Both the position numbers and the translations under genes were made by a program. A stretch of 64,000 nt of DNA. It comes from Eledone cirrhosa (taxonomy: Eukaryota). This document shows positions 47,892 to 60,419 of the stretch, piece after piece. The DNA lies in assembly GCA_964016885.1 (NCBI GenBank), contig OZ024744.1:65162001-65226000 (forward strand), read 5' to 3'. The first letter of the stretch is position 1, and every line of letters starts with the position of its first letter. The notes under the pieces were generated by a model. That model did no database searches. It saw only the letters and a list, made by a program, of their open reading frames with translations, and was not told the DNA's origin.

Positions 47892-49639
47892 ATCTCCACC
47901 AAATGTTTATAATGCAAAATCTATATAGACTCTAACCTATTTCCATGTCAGTACCGGTTCAGTGAATGTCGCTGATGAGATCTTAAATCTTAAAACTGCA
48001 CTGTCTGGTATTCTCGATTGATACTGACATATCTGTAATAAAAGTGAGAAAAATAAATTTTTTTGTAGCAAAAGAATATTCTTTTGCTCCCACATGTTTA
48101 TTATATATAAACATAAAGTATATGCTTTTATATTCACCCCTGTTATACTTAACGCTGTATTAGTGCTATATATACAAGTGGTCATGTCGGCAACACAACA
48201 AAAAGTGCCCAGTTCACACTGTAATGTGGTTGGCATTAGGAAACGCATCCAGCTGTAGAAAACCAGCCAGAAACAGTCTTATATGAGCAAGATACGCTCA
48301 CCCCAACTTGCCTCTAAATGGGACAAACCCGTCTGACCCATGCTAGCATGGAAGAAAGACGTTAAACAATGATGATGATGAAGATATATACACACTGTAA
48401 GGTAGTCATGTAGGTATCATGACAAAAAGCACCCAGCTCACACCGTAAAGTGGTTGTGTAGGTGTCAAATCAAAAGCACCCAGTACACATTGTAAATATG
48501 GTTGGTGTTAGGAAGGGCATCCAGCTGTAGAAATCTAGCCAGAAACAGTTCTATACAACCCGTCTAATCCATGCTAGCATGAAAAACAATGATGATGATA
48601 TATATATATAAATATGAATGAATATATATATATATATATCATCATCATCATCATCATCATATATATATATATATATATTTATTAAAATAACAGATTAAAG
48701 TTTAAACAAAGAATCGCTGCTTTCACCCTTAACGGGATCTTCTGAAACTAACAAATAAATATTTGCTCTACGGTTCTTATATATTTGATATATATTTATC
48801 CTTATTGAGCCCTCTTTGGATTTTAGTCTTCAAATTTATTATTATTACTATATATATATTATTACTATATATATATATTACTATATCTATATTATTACTA
48901 TATATATATATTACTATATATATATTATTACTATATATATATATATATATAAATGTATGTATAGTATATTTGGCAATATACTGTATGTTTAATTAAAAAC
49001 ATTTTGAAGACCATTCGCTATGAGTTTTAAAGTAGTCACTATGTCACTTACTTATTCTCGGCAAAAGCAAAGAAGACTGATCGACAGTCCTGTTTCTTGC
49101 TTGCTGTCATTTATCAACACCACTCACTCCCTTGCTTCTGCCGAGATTTATAGAAGCTGGATTCTTAGGAAATTCCAGTAATATTTAAGAGCTGATTAAA
49201 CAGAGCAGTTGACTGTCCAGCAAAATTTATATATATATATATCGTCATCATCATCATCATCACCATCTAACGTTTATTTTTTTCCATGCTTGTATGGGTT
49301 AGACAGGTTGTCCATGTTATGAGACAAGTCTGGCCAGTTGGCCACACCGTACCTTGCTCAAACGGAACTGTATTTTGGCTGGGATTTTTACAGCTGGATG
49401 CCCTTCCTAACACCAAACACGAGTCACAAGAGTGAGTACTGAAAAACATTTTTATTACGGCCAGCCTTGAGTAATGTTACTCTTGAGTTCCTTCCATGTC
49501 CTCACAGTGTCATCAAAAAAGGATTTCTTCTCTGATGTTCCTCTGAGAACACATGAGAAAACCCAGAGTAACATGAATCAAACAAAGACACACATAAAAA
49601 AACACAAAATAATTCCAACCATACACTTGTAGATACACT

Positions 49640-50247
<608 letters not shown>

Positions 50248-50425
50248 CATACAAATGAGGACCTCTTACTGTCATGGTGGATACATTTACATATCTCTAC
50301 TCTTTTACCTGTTTCAGCCATCCGGCTGAGGCCATGCTTTTTAATGTATTCTTTTTTTCTTAAAATAACTTCTAAAATATTTCTGGGGTTGTAACAATCA
50401 AAATCAAAGACATTTCATTTAATTC

Positions 50426-50613
50426 AGTGAAAATTCTGTTATAACGAAATTCAAGGGTTTTAAAAAATAATTTGTTATAACAAAAAATACTTTATAACGA
50501 GATTGACCAAAACAAATCAAGTGTTTGTTTGTTATTACCTCGGGGATTGAAATAAATCCTGTTATACTGAAAAATTTGTTATAATGGTTTTTGTCATAAC
50601 TGAATTTTACCTG
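50426..50613. mobile_element. Tc1/pogo-like MITE
   Basis: Imperfect TIR CAGTGAAAATTCTGTTATAAC / GTCATAACTGAATTTTACCTG-TA, with repeated GTTATAAC motifs. Confidence 0.6.
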
Positions 50614-51379
50614 TATTCTTATTTTATATCAATAAGGAAAGTAATTTTGAGCCATCAATATAAAGGAAGTAATATGTACAAAAACATACTGACACCCTCA
50701 CCACCACCATCATCACCACATACACACAAACGCACACACACACAAACATACACACACATACAAACACACGACTTAGTGACATACATACTAAAACACATAC
50801 ATCTAAATCACAAATGCATGCAAACACACATTCAAACATACAAACACACATACACACACATACAAATACACATTCAAAACACATGTGTATACATACATAG
50901 AAATAACACAAACACTTTCACAAGATTCATACATAATATGAAATACACACACACATATACACACACACACACACATATACATAGACACCTAGACACATAC
51001 ATACTAAAACACATGCATCTAATCACAAATGCATGCAAACACACATTCAAACATACACATATACACATACAAATACACATTCAAGACACGTGTATGTATA
51101 CATACAAATAATGCATAAACTCTTTCACAAGATTCATACGGACTACACATAGACATAGACACATAGTAATGATAGTAATGAATGTGCTTGAAGAGAAAAA
51201 TATATGAAAGTAGACACACACATATATGCAAATATAAAACTTATATTCATACATAAATGAGAGAAGCTTTATTCATATTATAGTTAAATAGCAAAAGAAA
51301 AAAAAAAACCCTCATGAGGAACAAAAGCTTAAAATTGCTGAAACCAATGGGATTAAGAGAATTACAATGAAATCTCCAT

Positions 51380-51770
51380 GCAATCAGTCAACCAGATTTC
51401 CTCAAATCATACCGTAACATCTTCAACACAAGGGCGACGTATTGGGAAATATAATTGTATACAATATATACAGATAGATAAGATGTTCACGGCTTGAATG
51501 CCTTTGATAATAGGTTTGTTCAATTAGGGCTGACCTGGGGCTAAATAAATACAACAAAATGATCATTGAATCAATAAAGAAGCCAGTATATAGTTGTGTG
51601 AGCCATTATAAGTAACAGCCAAATCATTCCAAATTATACACACTGTTGCCTTTAAAAAAAAGGATACATTATATAGTGTAATCTTTAATCACACTATATC
51701 TGAAAAATAGATTAGTTAAACAAGGCTGAATTGCTTTTGATCTTAGGCTGATCAATCAAGATTGAAAGTT
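51380..51770 (+). mobile_element. Two decayed tandem copies of a retroposon 3' tail
   Basis: GGCTTGAATGCCTTTGATAATAGG..GGGCTGACCTGGGGCTAAA..CAACAA and a similar block at 51720-51760. Confidence 0.5.
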
Positions 51771-53228
51771 TTTATTGGAAGAAATGACCAGGAGTTAAAC
51801 TTCACCAACAAAATGATCTTTCAAGGGTTAGACAGGTCTTCTTCAACATATCTTTCCTCCACTTGTTGCGTTTTCTTTTTTCATAATCTCTTCTGTGAGG
51901 TTCAGAATGTTGAGATCTTGAGATCAGCTCTCACCACCTCCATCCAGATCTTTCTCAGTTTTACTCTTCTGCAGCTTCCTTCCACTGGGATCTTTTGGTA
52001 TTTCTTCACCCAACAGTTACCATCCATACACATCATGTCTCCATATTAGTGCAAATAATCTCTATTTATACACTGCTTCTTACACTCAGCTTTTCCCTCA
52101 GTTCATCTACGCTATATCATTCAATCATGTTAACATTACACATCCATCAGATCGTACTTACTTCATTTTTCTCTGGCATTTGCATAATCCATGCAATCAC
52201 TACTTATGTTTCACCACCATGCAGCATTGCACTTTGCACATAGGCAACATACCGTCTACTTTATACTTAGAGAGAAAATCCAGCAAGGGTACTAACTCAG
52301 TGAACTTTTTTTTTTATTCTGGTTATTATGCTTTCAGAGCAGCCCCCTCTACTGCTTATTAAGCTTTTAGAGCAGCCCCCTCTACTGCTTATTAAGCCAC
52401 CCAACAGAACCTCCATTGAACCTTCCTCAAATTGAAAATTGTTTATGTCACTTGTACACTTACCTTGTACATTTTCTACATACAAATCTACCCTTTCAGT
52501 TAGACTGCCTACAATCCCATTTTAAATCTTGTATATCCATATGTTACATTGATTACACCATATAGAATTCCTACCTAATCCTTTTCTGTATAACAAGCAC
52601 AACCATTTCACAATAACTTACTTTGGTCTTTACAAAGTTTTCTTTGAGGCTTCTTTATTCTAGGTTTTGTTTCCATGATGGAACTTTTTCTCAAGCTCTT
52701 TCAGATTTAACTATCAGATATTGATTATCAGTTGTTCTCATAGACCTTAATTCCTTAATTCCTCTGTTAAGACTTGGAGAAATATAATAAACAGAAGTGG
52801 GCTAAAGATTAAGCCTTGATGAACACATATCTGCACATTTCAATAAATTCATTATTTACTCCCACATTACTAACATCATATCATGCATTGCTTCTCCCAA
52901 ATGCACTGCTTCTCCCAAACCATTCATCTACACCTAGTTTTTTTAAAGATCACAATATGATGGATCATGGTACTCTGTCAAATGCTTTTTCCAGATCTAC
53001 AAAGGGGCTTACACTTGGCTAGAAATTTCTCTTGTTTCAGCAAGAAAAGGTGCTTCTTTTTGGCACAAAACCAAACAGCATCGCATCTAATTTAATCAGT
53101 TGTGCTACTTTCATAGCTTGATCCATCACTTTATTGTCTCTATAGTTATCACTTTCCTCTTATAATGATTAATGATTTTACTGCTTTGCTAACCACATAT
53201 TACCTAATTGACTATGCAAGTGAATAAC

Positions 53229-53436
53229 TTAACCCTTTAGCATTACATTACTCTATATTTACTATTGTATTTTCACTGTAAAGGCTTTACCTCACATGAT
53301 TATCTTACATAATATTGAATCTACAAGATTTTGATATTATTTATTAACAGTATGAACAGCTGGTTATAGCTGGTTTGAACAGAGAGGGGTGAGAAAATTC
53401 TGGCCGGGTATGGCCAGTTTAAATACTAAAGAGTTA
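53229..53436 (-). mobile_element. piggyBac-like MITE
   Basis: TTAACCCTTTAGCATT ... TAAAGAGTTAA. Confidence 0.87.
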
Positions 53437-53880
53437 AGTCCTACTTCAGATGATTTTAGCATCTCAACAACTATCTCTGGTGGTCAGGTAACTTTTGCAT
53501 TTTTATACACATGGTGGCTTTTTTGACATATATAACTGTCAATCCCAATAGCTGTTCCTCTGTTGGTTCTGTTGGAGATAGTTCCTCTTCCTTCCACTCA
53601 TTTTCCACATTCAGTAACCATTCACAGTAACATTTCCAAGCCTATTTCTTATGAACAAAAATGAGGTTAAATGCTCCAGTGTCATTCGAAACACACTTTT
53701 TCTCAACAGCATCTCAACTTTCACTGACACACTGCCTTGCAATGCTGAATACCTCATGCCTTTGATCCTCTCATTGTATGACATTGGCAAACCTCCTAAT
53801 TCTAGCTTCTCTTCAATTCTAAACCTGTTGTAAAACTTCTCTTTTAGCTATTTGAGATTGCTCTCTTCTGCCACCTTTCT

Positions 53881-54108
53881 TTAACGCTTTAGTATTTAAA
53901 CTGGCCATATCCAGTCAGAATTCTCTCACCTCTTTCTGTTCAAACTGGCTTTAATTGGCTACTCATACTGATGTTAAGGTATTGTTCTCAAAATAAACAA
54001 TATCAAAATCTCGTAGATTCTATATTATGTGAGATAATTATGTAAGATAAAGCCTTTACCACAAAAATACAATAGTAAATATAGAGTAATGTAGAGGCTA
54101 AAGGGTTA
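53881..54108 (+). mobile_element. piggyBac-like MITE; another partial copy at 57830-57934
   Basis: TTAACGCTTTAGTATTTA ... GCTAAAGGGTTA. Confidence 0.87.
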
Positions 54109-55148
54109 TGTCTTTTCATGTCTGTCTCTTATCACCCATTCCATTACTAAGTCTCTACTTCATCTGGTGGCTACCTAGCTCCAATCATCGATTTTGTCAC
54201 ATAGAAACTTACAGTTGTTCTCAATGTCATGTGGAAATTTTCTGAACATACATTTAACTTCTCTTTTAGCTATTAGAGATTGCTTTCTGCTTCCCCCTAG
54301 TTTCCAAACCCCTCTTCTCCTACATTTCTGATTCCATCGAGTTCTTATTCTAATGTTACTAATAACTAGTCTCTACAGGGTGTTACAACCTCTCAAGAGA
54401 AAAACAGTATTCACAATCATCTGCTTATCCTGTTTTCTAATGAGCATAAAATCGATCTGGCTTGTGTGTTCAACTGATCAGCAGATGATCAAGAGGCTGG
54501 CTGGTTTCCTGAGGGTAATGTTGCAAATAGTTAAGTCATTAGCATCATTGAATTTTAGGAGTCTTAATACCACTTCATTTTTCCAGCCATATCCATAGTC
54601 CTGATGCACTTCAAAGTAGCCATCCTGGTGTTAGCCAGCATGTCCATTGATGTCACCAGGCAGGATAAGGAAATTGCTGTCATCTGTTACTGAAATCGTC
54701 TGCATGAGGTCCTCATAGAAATGGTGCTTTTGTTCTTTACTTAGCCCGAATTGTGGTGTATAAAGGGAGATAACTGTTGTTGTTCTCTTGCCTATGATTA
54801 TTCTAATCTAAATCCTAGTACATACTCTAACTAGCTCAATTATCTTATCTATTTACTTTTCAGCTAGTATTCCATCATTGTTTCCTATTTAGAAGAGTTC
54901 TTATCTATGCCCTTTGCATCTGAGGAGTTTGGCTGAAACTCACCCCCATCTCATCCCCTATATACTGAACACATCTACGTGTCTTCATTCAAGCATTTCA
55001 ATTTCACCATATCTACTATTCATCATTCCAACAATGTGACAGCCCTGAAATACATTCCCTCAAAGTAAAGGAGAGTTTTCTTTTGTTTACAGTGTTTGGT
55101 ACCATGAAGGGAATGTGCAGTTACTTGATGACTGTCAATAGTTTTTGC

Positions 55149-55720
55149 CAGAGGTGTAACAAGGGAAAATAGCACCTATATTGAAAATATGCCCCTGCCC
55201 ATGCAGTAAGTTATATAGCAGTTGTTAGACAATGGGATTGGCAGTATATATATCCTAAACAGTATATATATATCCTAAACAAGGGTTTAGGATATTAAAC
55301 TGCATTTTCATTTGTTCTACAGGTATCCTTTACACTTAAGTATACGTAAAGTATTGACAAAAGTGTTAGTGTATTTAAAGGGAGTGATCTGTGTAATACT
55401 GATCTTTGACAAATATTAAAACCCTATTAAAATATTTGACAAGTCATACTATGAGGTATGCCTCTGTGACCATGTAGTTCCCAGCACTGTAGTTTTCCCT
55501 ATGGCCCTAATAATCTATATAAATGGTTTAATGATCCAGCCACCATAGTGTTTCTCAACCTTGATAATGAGAGATAGAGCATACATCTGAAGAAGTTTCT
55601 GTTTTCACTCTCTGATGATAACTTATTTGACTTAAATAGAAAGTGTAGTCCAAGTAGCGCCCCCTTTCAAGTGGCGCCCATGTCACGTGCCATGCTTGCC
55701 ATACCCTAGATATGCCTCTG
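55149..55720. mobile_element. Non-autonomous hAT element
   Basis: 8-bp TSD GTTTTTGC at 55141-55148 and 55721-55728; termini CAGAGGTGTA / TATGCCTCTG. Confidence 0.85.
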
Positions 55721-56330
55721 GTTTTTGCACACGGTTATGTGACACTGCCTAACCACCCCATTACAATACTCAGCACATTTATCAGTGATGAGCTGGTCAG
55801 GATATTTTGCATGTTTTTTCTGACTTGATGTCCTTCCAATCACCTACCATCTTCCAGCATCAACTGGGTGTGTTTTATCATGCCACCAATTTTAGGAAGG
55901 TTGTCTGTTTTTATTTGGAGACACTGTTCTTCTAGATAGGTTGCCTTCTCTATGTCTAAAGGAGTCCATGTCTCCCCTGTACAAGTATTCAGAGTTACTG
56001 CTTTTCTGTTACCTTTGCAACAGCTTATGGAGTCCACATCTTCCTCGGAAAGCGCCAGTGAAGGTAAAAGCCTTTGTGGGCTGTGGTATAGCTGCTGCTG
56101 CTGCTGATGATGATGATGATGATTACAAAGAAGGTATATTTTGTAGTGGAATATGACAGTAGGAACATTTTCACATGTGGTTTGTGTCTTATACTATGTA
56201 TGCGTGTATTTGCATGTGAACATATGTGTATGTATATGTGTGTGTGTGTGTGTGTGTGTGCATGTGTATCTGTCTGTCTCTTTAGATACATATAATAGTA
56301 TATTAAATATCAATTGATACATATTATATA

Positions 56331-57013
56331 CTAGCTGGCCCGTCCGGCTGGCGCCCGCCTAGGTATACCGGCATTTTATCTTTTCAGGATTCCCCCCCTC
56401 CACTCAAGTGCAAAGATACCACACGCCCTCTCAAGCCAGTGAGGGGGCAGGGGGTTAACGTGCTCTGATGTTGGGTTTGAATAGTTTTTAGGATTCCCCA
56501 GTTCAGCAGCCAGTACGTTAAAGAAAATTGATAGTTACAACAATAAAGGCTGAACAGAGAACACATTTTTTAACAAATTTTACAATAATTTGTACAACCA
56601 TAATGGAAATTCCAAGTAACAGAAAATACATAAATTACATTGTTAGAGCCTCAGAGTATACAATATTTTTTGTTCGGCCCTCGGGAGCAAAGATGAAGAG
56701 ATTGTTTGGCGAGCTCACCCTAGAGCATCCTACATACAATTGACCATGGGAGAAGCATGGTTTTCCCAGATGAAGGCCAGCCACTTTTAGGATTTGACCC
56801 TGAGCTTTGTTGATGGTAATTGCAAAGCTTAGTCTCTCTGTTGCTCTAGTAACATTTTTTCTTCTGGAAAATTTGATCTTGCGGCCAGGCTGGGACTTTT
56901 TGGGTGGCATATCAGCAGTAACAATGACGATAAGCCGTCTGAGCTTTCATGAAATAAATACGTTTGTTTATATTTTGTTTTTGTGTAAGCAAAAATATCT
57001 GTACACGAATATA

Positions 57014-57063
<50 letters not shown>

Positions 57064-57578
57064 TAACAGATTAAAGTTTAAGCAAAGAATCGCTGCTTTC
57101 ACCCTTAACGGGATCTTCTGAAACGGGATCTTCTAAAAAAAAATCAATCTGTGAATGCAGAAGTAAATATTTCGAAAAACGTTGCAACCGAAGGAAAACA
57201 GGAAGACGATACTTTGGTTCATGAAGGCAGACAGCGTGCCACGTTATAGCTATGTATCTAATGCAGACAGCCAGACATACAGAGACATATTATAAGGGTG
57301 TGACGTTATAGCTATGTATCTATCTCAAAAGACAGACTAAGAAAGAGAGAGGAATGTTGTATAACCAGAAGTGTTGACATTTGAAAATTTTAAAGAAGTG
57401 AATATTTAAATAAACGATAAAATATCTTTAATCTTTTAACGAAATTTAAAAGACAAAAATACCCTCAATTTCTTACTTGGAAAAAGTTACATCTATGGTG
57501 CAAATTTGGTGCTATTTGGTTGAGCCATTTGGCGAAAAGTTTGTTACATACTTATGGCCGCCGGCTTTATAATATAGA
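56331..57578 (-). mobile_element. Internally deleted Helitron with a Pif1-like helicase C-terminal remnant (56635-56835)
   Basis: Minus strand starts TCTATATTATAAAG and ends with a GC-rich subterminal segment plus CTAG, in A|T context. Peptide FAITINKAQGQ..CFSHGQLYVGCSRV..TKNIVYSEAL. Confidence 0.92.
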
Positions 57579-58496
57579 TAAATATAGTAAAATAGAAAAA
57601 TATATATTTATTTATTTATACATAGTATATATTACATTATTTATTATATATAAATTGCGGAGGTGGTGAGAGCTGACCTCAGATCGCTGAAGATGACAAA
57701 GGACCGTGACAAATGAAGAGATGCTGTGCTGAATAGGACTCGTCCCACCCTTGCAAGCAGGGAAAAGTGGATGTAAAATGATGATGATGATGAAATTGAC
57801 GATTTTATTTATTATATATTATAATAGCTTCAAAATCTCATAGATTCGATATTATGTGAGATATTATGTGAGATAAAGTGTTTACTACGAAAATACAATA
57901 GTAAATATAGAGTAATGTAAATGCTAAAGGGTTAAGGCAGGTTACATGAGGGTAGTAAGTATTAAGTTAGCTGGTATGGTATGGAGTACCATAGACTAGA
58001 ATATATATTAGTTAGGGATGCTATCGCTAATAAAATAGTTTTAAACTCCTAGAAACATCCAAGTATGTTGTATGAGTAGATAGCCTGGAATGTAATATTA
58101 TAAAGAAGTGTATATACATCTGAAAGACCAGTGCAAATATAATTTACAGGCAACCAAAAAATCTATCAGTAAGCATAGAGCATCATATAGACAAGAATTT
58201 CAAGGTTCATGAGTATCATAGGAAAGTATTTCCGAATGGGAGAAAAGTGAATGAGAAAAAGTGTTTTTTTGGCCAACATACAAAAACAGACATCTCCCTC
58301 CCAACACACACGCACAATCACACACACACTCAGATTTATATGGCTGTACACATTCATATATATTTGTGAAAATGATGTCTTAATTCTTTCATTACCATAT
58401 TTAAGAAATATACTGCATTTGAATTAATTAATGAAGAATTTAAAGAGATTTACTAAAGTTATTAATTATTTCATTATCAAGATTGTATTTGTAACA

Positions 58497-58939
58497 TATG
58501 AGGGTCAGCTGAAAAGTTCGTAGGTTGACTATGAAGGATTGATGCTAGAGCTGTGAAATTTTGCATGCATTAATTTCAACTATTTTTATTAATAACTGCA
58601 TTGATTCTTTCCAGGGACAATCATCATCAGGTTTAGCATCCGCGTTCCACGCTTGCATGGGTTTGGACGGGGGTTTTCCCACTTGAGGCAGAGTGGTTGT
58701 CTTGCTCGCATAGGACTATGTTGAAAAATAAACCTTGTTTGGTCATCCCATGAGAGTATCTTGGTCGGCCTATGAAGGAGTGATGCTAGAGCTATGAAAT
58801 CTTGCCTGCATTAATTTCAACTCTATTTATTAATAACTGCATTGTTTCTTTCCAGGGATTATGTTTAAAAATAAACCTCATTTGGTCATTTCATGAGAGT
58901 GTCTTTGTCAGCCTATGCATTTTTCAGCTGATCCTCGTT
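58497..58939. mobile_element. mariner-like MITE with an internal direct repeat and a nested RTE tail (58620-58716, -)
   Basis: TIR GAGGGTCAGCTGAAAAGTTCGTAGGTTGAC / GTCAGCCTATGCATTTTTCAGCTGATCCTC. Confidence 0.8.
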
Positions 58940-59499
58940 ACTTGAATAAAAGATTCTTAAATCAAATTATGTTAGAAGATTTTAATTTTAAAAGGATCTC
59001 TTTAAAATAGGTGACATTGTTTCATAAATCTAGAGGTGGTTAGGGGTAGGTTGGTGTCAAACAGGTTAACGTCTATTAGTCAAAGATTGTTCTTACTCAG
59101 GCATGGAAAGGGATGTGCTCCACCAGGTTTATGTGCCTAAGAAACGGTGTCTGTCAATACAGCACCCCTACAACTTTATCAGGCGTTACGGAACCATACA
59201 TACATACATACATGGTGGCTGCCAACTCGTTTTAGAGTACGGCCACCACTTTATATCCATGTAGGAGAACCCCTACCGATGCGTTGAACGAGTGACTTTT
59301 TAGTCCAGCCAGAAACTTGAAAACTCTGGTACAAACGCTACACTTGTGACAATTATTGATACATAGTGCTGGGCCCATGGTACCATGTGACATACATACA
59401 TACTTTACTATAGAAAGCAATTGGTTTTGTAATGAAGAAGGAAAAAGAGAGGAAGAATGTGTATGTATTCAAATGTTAGAGAGATGGAATAAAATATAT

Positions 59500-59645
59500 G
59501 AAGGCACATGGCTTAGTGGTTAGAGCATTGGACTTGCAATCGAAAGGTTGTGAGTTCAATTCTCAGACCGGGTGATGTGTTGTTTCCTTGAGCAAGACAC
59601 TTTATTTCACATTGCTCCAGTTTACTCAGCTGTAGAAATGAGATG
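59500..59645 (+). mobile_element. tRNA-derived SINE family B, 5' part; partial copy at 23380-23455 (-)
   Basis: GGCTTAGTGGTTAGAGC A box, GAGTTCAATTC B box, CCTTGAGCAAGACAC body. Confidence 0.85.
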
Positions 59646-59884
59646 ATAGGACTGGGGTCCCTATCATTCCACTGCAAAGTGGTCGTGGAGGTGTCACAGC
59701 AAAAAAGCACCCAGCACTCACTGTAAATGAGGTTGGTGTTAGGAAGGGCATCCAGCTGTAGAAATCAAGCCAGAATCAGTTCCCGTATGAGCGAGACAAG
59801 GTCAGCAACCAGACACTGCCCACAACAGGACAAGTCCAACCCTTGCAAGCAGGGAAAAGTGGATGTAAAATGATGATGATGATG

Positions 59885-60022
59885 TAGCTAAGAAGTTTGC
59901 TTCACAATTATTAGGTTCGATCCCACATCAAGGCATCTTGGGTATGTGTCATTTACCCCTACCTTGGGTTGACCTGTCCCTTGTGAGTGAAATTGAGTAG
60001 ATGGAAACTGTTTGGAAGCCCA
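59885..60022 (+). mobile_element. Decayed tRNA-derived SINE, third type
   Basis: GGTTCGATCCC B box, CTTGGGTATGTGTC, GATGGAAACTG..GAAGCCC end. Confidence 0.6.
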
Positions 60023-60419
60023 TTCATCATCATCATCATCATCATCATCGTTTAACGTCAGTATTCCACGCTTGCATTGGTTTGGACGGGAGTTTTCCCA
60101 CTTGAGGCAAGAGTGGTTGTCTTGCTCGCATAGGACTGTCTGGCGGGTTTTCTACGGCTGGATGCCCTTCCTAACACCAACCACATTTACAGTGTGGAAC
60201 TGGGAGGTTTTTACCGTGTTACTCACACGGCCACATTACAGCGTGGACTGTGTGTTTTTTTGTTGTGACACCTACACGACCTCATTTGTTTCGGCCTGGA
60301 TGTTGTGGTACCAACATAACTTTACATTGAAAGGGGCGGTGTGGATGTGGTGGGGGTAGTGGGACGGGGGTGTATTTTGTTAGAGGTGCCTACTGACTGT
60401 AGTAGGTTTTACTTTGTAT

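Larger units (their letters stand above)
51820..55050 (-). mobile_element. Old, heavily decayed, near full-length RTE LINE carrying two MITEs
   Basis: Collinear remnants EMLE.RHVDV, GDINGHAG, SQIDFML, VDLEKAFDRVP. Confidence 0.82.

Noticed and set aside
56024-56070. Plus-strand micro-exon CAG|CTTATGGAG...GAAG|GTAAAA
   Set aside because: Splice-like signals alone, with no homology or partner exon; likely chance.
56635-56910. Cellular PIF1 helicase gene
   Set aside because: Only the last motifs are present, and they lie inside Helitron termini.
59500-59575. tRNA gene (also 11085-11150 and 14695-14765)
   Set aside because: A and B boxes are present, but I could not fold a complete cloverleaf and the sequence continues into a repeated SINE body.
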